Shown one piece after another: positions 1 to 7,980 of a DNA stretch of 9,114 bases. Every line of letters begins with the position of its first letter. Positions within the stretch are counted from its first letter, which is position 1. A program made the translations under genes and the position numbers. The DNA lies in NCBI GenBank assembly GCA_043228905.1, contig JBHGNT010001387.1:1-9114 (forward strand), given 5' to 3'. This DNA is from Azolla caroliniana (Eukaryota; Plantae; Polypodiophyta). Under the pieces are notes generated by a model. It was given only the letters and a program-made list of their open reading frames with translations, did no database searches and was not told the DNA's origin.

Positions 1-243
1 CTCTACTGTGATAATCAAAGCGCCATCCACCTTGCAAAGAATGCGGCCTACCATTCTCGGACAAAACATATCCAGTGGAGGTACCACTGGATCCGGGAGA
101 AAGTAGAAGATCAAGAGTTCGTGCTGACAAAGATCCACACGGAGGAGAACGGCTTGGACATGCTAACCAAGATCATGACAACCGACAAGCTGGACGCGTG
201 TTGAAAGCGGATTGGGCTGACAAGATATCCCATGCCGGAGTGA
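1..243 (+). pseudogene. pol: Ty1/copia pol, C-terminal RNase H domain (5' part outside window)
   Basis: Frame 1 reads LYCDNQSAIHLAKNAAYHSRTKHIQWRYHWIREKVEDQEFVLTKIHTEENGLDMLTKIMTTDKLDAC*KRIGLTRYPMPE*. The CDNQSAI, HxRTKHI and DMLTK motifs are typical of copia (Tnt1-like) RNase H. There is a premature TGA at 202-204 (probably CGA>TGA) and the terminal TGA is at 241-243. Confidence 0.95.
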
Positions 244-252
244 AGGGGGAGA
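242..252 (+). other. Polypurine tract of the copia element
   Basis: GAAGGGGGAGA overlaps the pol stop codon and ends one base before the TG that starts the LTR. Confidence 0.9.
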
Positions 253-283
253 TTGTTGGGAAATTGGTCTCTCCAGATGGGAT

Positions 284-348
284 CCGGTGATGAATAAAGA
301 GGACCCGGTGAGAACCGGAAGAGAGAGCCGGTGAGAACCGAAAGAGAA
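284..348 (+). repeat. Short U3 direct repeats in the copia LTR
   Basis: CCGGTGAGAACC occurs at 305-316 and 328-339 (23-bp period), with a partial CCGGTGA at 284-290. Confidence 0.75.
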
Positions 349-420
349 GACATATTTGTAAATATGTTTTGAGTAAGCCTATTGAGGCTATATTTGTAAA
401 TAGCCCTAAGTTCATATAAG

Positions 421-428
421 TATAAATA
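421..428 (+). promoter_or_regulatory. Candidate TATA box of the LTR promoter
   Basis: TATAAATA lies downstream of the U3 repeats, the expected position in an LTR. Confidence 0.55.
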
Positions 429-496
429 TGACTTAGGGCAATCACTTTGTAATGAGGTAGTTGTCATACTGTTGTAATTGTTGTCTAGAGAGCGAC

Positions 497-516
497 AGAG
501 AGAGAGAGAGAGAGAG
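497..516. repeat. (AG)10 microsatellite inside the LTR
   Basis: Ten perfect AG units read directly from the sequence. Confidence 0.95.
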
Positions 517-928
517 TATGTGAGATACAAAGAGATACTCTGTTGTAACCGCCGGTTGGTGAAGATACAGAGCTCAAGGTCGTTGCCTCCGAGGCTCTGA
601 TTGTACATACCTTTCTCCCATAGTGATAGTTGGAGTTCGTGGGCTCTCGTGGTTTTTCCATATTTGGGTTTTCTACGTAAACATCCTGTGTATTTCCTTT
701 GTGTACTCTCCATTTCCCATTTCTGTGTTTCATTCTCATAGAAGTGATTCAAGACTCGGTTGTGGCCGAGCAATATTCCATGCTAATCCTCGACATAAAG
801 CAACTCGACGTGGTGTAGAAGAAATAAAGAAAATAAGGGAACTTGAGGTACACCGCCTAGAAACTATGGCTGGGGCGCACTCTATACACTGAGACCATGG
901 GTCACACCCACACCAAAACCCTTTGAGT

Positions 929-1468
929 ACAATACTATGAGTACAAGACGAGTACTTTACATCCTTCAATAAATACTGATTTAGTGTAAATACAACATAC
1001 AACATAGTACAATGTGTCTATGGAGAACACTTCACATGGATTAAAAGATAATTAGTACAATTCTCTTAAGGATGGACAATACTATGAGTACAAGACGAGT
1101 ACTTTACATCCTTCTGTAAACACAACATAGTACAGATACAACACACAACATAGTACAATGTGTCTATGGAGAACACTTCACATGGATTAAAAGATAATTA
1201 GTACAATTCTCTTAAGGACAGACAATACTATGAGTACAAGACAAGTACTTTACATCCTTCTGTAAACACAACATAGTACAATGTGTCTATGGAGAACACT
1301 TCACATGCATTAAAGATAATTAGTACAATTCTCTTAAGGACGGACAATACTATAGAGTACAATACGAGTACTTTACATTCTTTAGTAAATACTGATTTAG
1401 TAAAGATACAACAAACAACATAGTACACTTTGTCTATGGAGAACACTTCACATGGATTAAAAGATAAT
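929..1468. repeat. Tandem minisatellite, ~4 units of 122-147 bp, in predicted transposase intron 2
   Basis: The unit start ACAATACTAT occurs at 929, 1076, 1222 and 1344 (periods 147, 146, 122; last unit partial). Units share a TGTCTATGGAGAACACTTCACATG core. Confidence 0.95.
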
Positions 1469-1577
1469 AGTATTGTGTGTGAATAGTTACAAACATAATT
1501 AGTATGCATGCACTAACACAAGAATTACTTCCTTACACATTGCATGATAAGTACTAAACATATGGATTAAAAATTAC

Positions 1578-2527
1578 CTGGCAATAAAGTAGAACGATCG
1601 TGCCACCTTAAACTGCGAGGCAGCACCATCAGACCAAACCCAATGACGGTTAAAGGTTAACCCTAGAGACAATAAATCTGCATGGTGAAGCTTAAAACAA
1701 TGTTGAACAAATAGTGTATCATGCTTTTTATCATCTGAAATGTAAAATATTGATTTCTTATGTAACTCACCGTCTTGCCTCCAATAGCAAATATGTACAA
1801 GTATTGTACATTGATCATTGTACCAATGCATTGATTGAACCTCATTTTGAACTTTAAATGTATAGTTTTCTGCAAAGTCAATAACGGATACGATGACACC
1901 CGTTGGTAAGTTATTAATACATTCCTTGAATTGTGAATTTTGCCAATAACTCCGGAAGTTATGTGGAATGAACTCCCCAAGTTGTTTCTTAAATTCTGAG
2001 ACAAGGGTAGCAACACATGTCTCCTTATATACTTCCTTGATACGCTTAGTTACAAGTCCCTTGCCAATATTTTCAGTCACATACTCTAAATATTTCCATT
2101 TCACGATATGACTGTTTCCCAAATCAAACTCCTGCCTACAAAATAATGGTAGCGGACAAACCTTACATGTTCTTAATAGACATGTGCGACGATGCCACTC
2201 ACATGATGGTTCTTTTTCACAAACACAAGACCTCCATAGCTTAGAAACGGATGCATAAGTCATGTTTCGTGCGTTACACCTATTATCCTCCCCATTTGGT
2301 CTACAAACCTCACAAGTGCAGACACATAATTCCCCGTGTATACCCTTAGAATCAGTACGCATTGCATTCACTCCTAGCCTTAACATGTCCATCTTCACGT
2401 GGTACACACAACAACATGTATTCCTCTCATTTAATTTTCTAACATAAAATGGTTTCAAACCTTGGAACTTGCGGAATCCAACAGTCAAGCTTGGATGTTG
2501 GTCTTTAAAGTTCATGTACAATTCAGC
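1578..2527 (-). CDS. Sola2-like transposase, catalytic exon (Zn-finger region plus first two Asp of the DDD triad)
   Basis: This 950-nt frame has no stops: AELYMNFKDQHP..GFRKFQGLKPFYV..TCCCVYH..C-X6-C-X4-C-X2-C..IDFAENY (D at 1879-1877)..EVQSMHW..ISDDKKHD..WSDGAASQFK (D at 1630-1628). The acceptor is TAG|GCT at 2528/2527 and the donor is AG|GTAATT at 1578/1577. Confidence 0.85.
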
Positions 2528-2619
2528 CTACATCAACCAATATATATAGCAAACATTAATATACACTTGGTCAAAACACAAATTTATAGAATGTGAATTG
2601 ATATAAAAAAATGGAATAC
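2528..2619 (-). other. Spliceosomal intron, 92 bp, phase 0
   Basis: GAG|GTATTC...GATGTAG|GCT with an AT-rich interior. Removing it joins RHFLEMTE to AELYMNFKDQHP in frame. Confidence 0.85.
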
Positions 2620-3228
2620 CTCTGTCATCTCCAAGAAGTGTCTAGGGTGAATCTGGTACTTACCTTGACTTATTCGTTGTCTACACACGTCCTTCTTATT
2701 TGGTGAGACACGCATATTTTTGGCCCAAAATGAATCCACTTTCTCAATAATCTCGTGAGATAAGGCATCGCATCGTCGTCTACGTCCCAACCCCAGCCAC
2801 TTGAATTGGCTTGAGTGTATATTTCTGCGATGTTTCCTCAAGTTCCTTCTTTGAATACCCAGGGCTAAGGCAACTTTAGTATCACTATATTTTTTCTCTC
2901 TCGCACCGTTCACAACCATGTGTAGGGCTGCCCTCTTTGCAGCAAGTTTGTCTATGCTCTCTACACCTTTCACTAGGTCTAGGGATGACTTCATAGACTC
3001 TACAATCTCTTCTGAAACACATTGGTCCCTAAATTTTATTCTCTCCATGTCTTCATTCAAACGTTGATGGTGTAACACTCTACATATAATATCCCTACGA
3101 TCCTCTTCACTAAATCTCTTCGTTATTTCTACCAAATAATGGACTATGTGAAGAACCACCCGTCTCTTGGTCCTTTCAGATATACATGAGTTACTTGACA
3201 ACTCACTCTCGTTGGGTCCCCCATTTGG
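2620..3228 (-). CDS. Sola2-like transposase, upstream exon (N-terminal basic, probable DNA-binding region); true 5' start not resolved
   Basis: The frame is open from 3228 to the donor at 2620: ...KVALALGIQRRNLRK...RRRRCDALSHEIIEKVDSFWAKNMRVSPNKKDVCRQRISQGKYQIHPRHFLEMTE. In-frame stops lie just upstream at 3229-3234. Confidence 0.75.
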
Positions 3229-3371
3229 TCACTAGATTTATCCAAAAAAATTAAGCATCCGGCGAGAGTAGTTAATGTTATATAGACTACACTAAGAAAA
3301 CACAGTCAAATGTTTTTAAATGTGGCCTGCAAAGTGAGAAATAATTTGTTTTGAACATTAGAATTACGAGT

Positions 3372-3836
3372 CAAATATGACAATTGTAAAATCTAAAAAT
3401 TTAGTACTGAAAAATGAAGAAATGAAAATTTTTAGTCCTGAAAATAAAAAAATGGATGGAAGGAACCTCCAATGGTGGCGGGAGCGTTGATTTAGTGTGA
3501 TATGCCGCCTCGATTTGCTGGAAGGAACCTCCAATGGTGGAAGCACGACGTACAAATTTGACAATTGTAAAATCTAAAAATTTAGTAGTGAAAAATGAAG
3601 AAATGAAAAATTTTAGTCCTGAAAATAAAAAATTGGATGCAAGGAACCTCCAATGGTGGCGGGAGCGTTGATTCTGTGTGATAGGCCACCTCGATTTGCT
3701 AGAAAGAACCTCCAATGGTGGAGGACGCCTTGATTCTTTGTGATATGCCGCCTTGATTTAGTGGAAGGAACCTCCAATGGTGGAGGGCGCCTTGAATCTT
3801 TGTGATATGCCGCCTGGATTCGGTGGAAGGATCCTC
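3372..3836. repeat. Compound repeat array: 62-bp units within a 181-bp duplication
   Basis: The (G/A)GAACCTCCAATGGTGG core occurs at 3462, 3524, 3643, 3705 and 3767, and is degenerate at 3829. The AT-rich block CAAAT(A/T)TGACAATTGTAAAATCTAAAAATTTAGTA starts at 3372 and 3553. Confidence 0.95.
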
Positions 3837-3964
3837 GTCTCGATGGAAAAAGCCCCAAATCACCACGACATAAACTACAATCGGTGGAAGTAAGAAAGTC
3901 GTTGTCGAAGAAGTCACTATTGGCTGTTATAAGAGGCCTCAGAACAGTCTCTGTTCCTCAACCT

Positions 3965-3991
3965 AAACCCTAACAAAAATAGAAACCCTAA
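3965..3991 (+). promoter_or_regulatory. Two telo-box motifs (AAACCCTAA)
   Basis: Exact AAACCCTAA occurs at 3965-3973 and 3983-3991, with related CCCTAAC units at 4051-4064. Function here is not demonstrated. Confidence 0.4.
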
Positions 3992-4400
3992 AAAAACCAG
4001 AAATCCTTAACTCAAAAGCTCCAACCTGACATGGATGTCTGAGATTTACTCCCTAACCCCTAACAAAACTCTTAGATTGGAGGAAAAGCAGAAACGTGAC
4101 ATGGATGTCTAAGATGAAGACCTCAGAGGGATAGAGGAAGAGGAGTATGAGGGGAACCACCAAAATCGACGTGAGGGGAAAATAGCCCCCAAAATAGAAA
4201 GAACATCTCCTCATGTGTTCCCCCCACTCCTTGTAGTAAATGACACTTGTACTACAGTCACCCCACTCTCCAAAATCAATTTTTTTTTTTCTCTGATTTT
4301 TTTTTCTGAATTATTCAGCACTAACAGTATCGAAAGTATTGACAATTTTTGTGGCAAAAAACAATACTTTTTTGGTACACTGTAGCGTGCTTCCACCGTA

Positions 4401-6359
4401 GGACAATATACGTTGGCATAGTCGTATGTTACGATATTTGGCGGATTTCGCCCCGCCATTACATGCTGCCGTCCACCGTACACCTTTCAACTGGACGACA
4501 ACTTAAGAAAAAGCATACGATGCGCTTAAAATAATCCTAACTCAAGCACCAGTCGTACAACCACCAGATTGGGGGAAACCATTTCATGTTTTTGTAGATG
4601 CCTTAGACATAGCAATAGGTAGTGTGTTGATGCAGCTCACGGAGCCGAATTGGTACAGACCAGTGTATTACGCCAATAGGAAACTATCAAAGGCGGAGGA
4701 GCGTAACTAATCCACACCAGAACGAGAAGCGTTGGGGATGATATACAACATCAATAAATTCCGACATTATTTACTGGGTCGGAAATTTATGTTTCACGTG
4801 GACCATACGGTGTTACTATACCTGGTGGGGAAGCAAGTGCTAACAGGAAAATTGGATAGATGGATGTTGTTGCTCTAGGAGTTCGACTTTGTTATACAAC
4901 ATCGGCCTGGTACGCAACACGCTCTAGCGGATTTCTTAAGCAGGATAGATAATGGAGAAATGGTGCGAAAGGATGACGACAACTTTCTTGATGCAGACAT
5001 CATACGGATCACAACTATAGTGACACGTACGGAAAAAACTTTTCCCAATCATTGGTTGATGGAGATGACATTCTTTCTGACCACAGGATTACCACCACCG
5101 CAATTAAGGACGAACGAAAAGAAACGATTGGCCGTCCGAAGTCGTAACTTCTGTTTGGTTGAAGGGGTCTTGTATCACAAAGGCAACGACAGAATCTGGC
5201 GACGCGGAATACGCCAGGTTGAGAAAGATGCGGTTTTACGCGAAGCTCACTGTGGTACGACAGGAGGACACTACGCGGGCAATGTTATGGCTCGTAAAGT
5301 CTGGCAAGCCGGCCTATGGTAGCCGACTACGCAAAAGGATGCGTATGAATATTGCAAACAATGCGATCTATGTCAATGGATGGGCCAGCCCAGGGAGGTC
5401 GCAAGAATGCCTCATCAACCAGTGTTGCCGTTGGATCCATTCCAGAAATGGGGACTTGATTTCGTGGGGCCGTTTACACCAGTGGTAGCTTGGACTGGCA
5501 ATAAATATATACTCGTGGCTACTGATTATTGTACCAAGTGGGTGGAAGTGAAAGCACTATGAGAAAATATCGTGGCAGTGACAATGAAATTTCTTTACGA
5601 ACACATCTGGTGTCATTTTGGCTGCTCTATCGAGCTCATCAGAGACCAAGGAAGCCACTTTCTAAATTCGGTCATCCGGGAGCTGACACAACACTATGTC
5701 ATTGTCCACAAGAAAAGCACGCCGTATTATCCATAGGCGAACGGTTTAGCGGAGTCCACGAACTGTTACAAACCATACTAAAAAAAATCGTCAATGAGAA
5801 CAAAACAGATTGGGATACCAAATTACACAGCGCGTTATGGGCATACCGAACCAGCTATAAGACTAGCATACAATCCACGCCTTTCCGGCTAACATTTGGG
5901 CTGGAGGCCGTAATGTCAGTCGAATTTGAAGTACCCAGTCTGCGGATTTAGGTACGAGACTGGCTATCAGAAGACAAATCCGAACAAATCCGGCTACAAC
6001 AGCTGCTCGAACTAGGCGAGACACGATTACAAAGCATGGCCATACTAGAACAAGAGTGGCGTCGGTGTAAAGCATTCGTGGACCAACATCGAAATGCGCG
6101 TGAAAAAGATTTTGTGGTCGGCAAAGCGGTCTTAGTCTTTCAAACACGGATGGGGCAAATGGCAGGTAAATTAAGATTCTGCTGGACGGAGCCGTACTAG
6201 ATAGTTGGCGCGGAAAACGACACGTTTCAACTAGGCACCCTGGCCGGCGAAGTGTTACGACAAAAGGTGAATGGGTTTCGACTAAAGCCCTACCTGGGAC
6301 CGACGCCCCCAAACCCGTTCCATGTCGTAAACGACACGGCTGAAGTATCCGCGTATTAA
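4401..6359 (+). pseudogene. pol: Ty3/gypsy pol fragment: end of RT, RNase H, integrase
   Basis: RT end and RNase H motifs: GQ/IRWHSRMLRYLADF, PPDWGKPFHVFVDA, EREALGMIY, KFRHYLLG, ADFLSRI. Integrase motifs: HHCC finger ([18 protein letters not shown]), DDE core ([23 protein letters not shown]), C-terminal VNGFRLKPY, with TAA at 6357-6359. Internal stops are at 4504, 4708, 4876, 5320, 5560, 5734, 5949 and 6198; frameshifts are near 4407 and 5764. Confidence 0.95.
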
Positions 6360-6710
6360 TTAAAGGGACCCACATGTATTATAGTGTAACAGTAATATTG
6401 TATTTAACCGTTAGAGAAAAGAAAAAAGAAAGAAAGAGAGAAGATAGTGACGCTATTAAAAGGGCTTGATGCATGCGCAACTTCTAGAGCAAGAACACGC
6501 GACACCACGATGGCTCACAGACCAATGAACCCTAGGCCACAAAAAGAAGAAAATAGAAGGTTTTTTGCATAGTACAGAAACCAATCTTCAGCCTTTAACC
6601 CTCCTCGCTCTCGTCGCTCTCCTCACTCACCTTACTCCCCATCATACCACAGAGCCCACGTCTGTCATAGCCAACAAACCTCACCCACTACCCACGAGTC
6701 TCACCCACCC

Positions 6711-7980
6711 ATGATGCCGATCACTATTTTTGCTGCGTTGCGCAGATGGCTCCTCGAAAAGAGACTGGATGGATACATCAAAGTCATCGAGGCACCTGCT
6801 CACCCTGAAGCCCGAGAAATTGCCAGGAATCTCAATATAGACACGGTCACCAACGCTACCATCCGGAAGAAGCTTGACTTATCATCGCTTGGAGAAAAAC
6901 ATTTCGACATCCCTCCTGCGGAAACCTTGCAGAAATATTTCAGGGCATATTCGGTGTTCGCCAAAGCATACAAGACAAAGGAAATCCCCGGATCCCTTCT
7001 TTTGAGAAATAGCCAAGTTCTTGCTGGAGGTAGAATGCGTGCACGTAAATGCCTATGGGATGCCCAAGCAGAAGGCAGGCATCATCATTGATAACTTCGA
7101 AGGGCGCACGATCGATTGGGGGGTAATTACGGGACCAACTTTACGGGAAGGTGTGCACGCGTATCAGGGCGGCAAAAGGCTAAGGCCAATCATACAAGAG
7201 TATTTGACAATACTATTTCCACCCCGAGGTTTGCCCGCACCACAACCCAACCAACCCACACCGCCGCCACATTCCGCAAAATGGAGGTTAGCGGAGTTGG
7301 CTACCACGGAATGGGAAGATGAACCACAATCTTCCTAGCCTAGCATGCAGACAACATAGGGAGAACGATCGGCAAGCAGGGAGGAAGCTCCACATGAGTA
7401 GGAAGCCGAGCAACGCTAGGAAAGCCTGAGGCCGAAACGACGTACGCTAGATAGGAAAGATTGGCGCAGACTAGTAATAGACACAACCGCGGACACAGAC
7501 ACGACCTCTTTGGTCGACAGTTCCGCATCTACGGAGTTCAACACCACTTTCAGAATAATCCGGGAACCACGGCCGATCATTACAACCTAGTCGCATCATG
7601 GGAAAGGCGTACTCACGATGGAAAGCGAAGTCCTAAAGTACCCGGACATCCCGAATATAGCCCATGAGTTCGGTGCGCTACTACAATTCGGAACAACTTA
7701 CGAACTCATGGAATTTTTGGCCACGCGGAAAATCAAGGTATCGCAAAGAATGGTGGAGGAGCACGTTGTCGCGGTAATCCGCGATTGCATGTCGGATCCG
7801 GGCGGGACCATCAGGGACATCGATCAGGAGGGGAGGAGTTGCTGGGGACCCGAATCCTCTAGGGCTTGCCGCGTTGCCAGCCAGTTCGATCCCGGATACT
7901 CTTCGGACGCGACCGGTTACTGCACGGGAAGCGAGAGAGCGCGCCCTCGTCCTTGCCGCCCCTTTTGCCCATACGTATAA
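6711..7980 (+). pseudogene. Extra sense ORF downstream of pol (env-position ORF, function unknown), disrupted
   Basis: The ORF from 6711 joins frame 1 if one C is removed from CCCC at 6986-6989. Frame 1 then runs to TAA at 7978-7980, interrupted only by TGA 7003 and TAG 7336, 7357, 7399, 7417 and 7588. Confidence 0.65.

Larger units (their letters stand above)
254..780 (+). mobile_element. 3' LTR of the copia element (~527 bp)
   Basis: It starts TGTTGGGAAATTG right after the PPT. CAATATTCCA at 771-780 is an 8/10 inverted match to 257-266 and ends in CA. It contains short U3-type direct repeats, a TATA box and an (AG)n run. The right boundary is uncertain by a few bp. Confidence 0.8.
781..4397 (-). 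mobile_element. Sola2-like DNA transposon (5' portion; 3' part interrupted or absent)
   Basis: It contains a spliced transposase gene and repeat arrays. It is bounded by the copia LTR on the left and by an abrupt switch into gypsy RT coding sequence at ~4398-4401 on the right. The boundaries are inferred, and no TIR pair or TSD can be confirmed within the window. Confidence 0.65.

Noticed and set aside
111-773. 220-aa minus-strand ORF
   Set aside because: It is antisense across the copia pol end, PPT and LTR including the microsatellite, and has no recognisable motifs.
736-1005. Minus-strand ORF as the missing third transposase exon
   Set aside because: None of the three minus frames across 781-925 encodes an HGKG..DG-like motif.
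929-1468. CRISPR array or coding repeat (ORF 1228..1509)
   Set aside because: Whole units are repeated with indels. The ORF is a by-product of the array inside a predicted intron.
3462-3836. CRISPR-like array (palindromic 17-bp core at regular 62-bp spacing)
   Set aside because: The intervening segments are similar to each other rather than unique spacers. There are no cas genes and the context is a eukaryotic TE nest.
3364-3917. Four overlapping minus-strand ORFs with PPPLEVPS/HHWRF repeats
   Set aside because: The same peptides recur in rotating frames because of the 62-bp repeat, so there is no consistent coding frame.
3965-4064. Telomere or interstitial telomeric array
   Set aside because: Only isolated AAACCCTAA units are present, not a tandem array.
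5159-6375. ORFs 5159..5488 (+) and 5863..6375 (-)
   Set aside because: They are alternative-frame or antisense shadows of the integrase coding region.
6412-6444. Purine-rich run as the gypsy PPT followed by an LTR
   Set aside because: It is followed by a long internal ORF region with no recognisable LTR structure, so it is more likely the A-rich spacer after pol.
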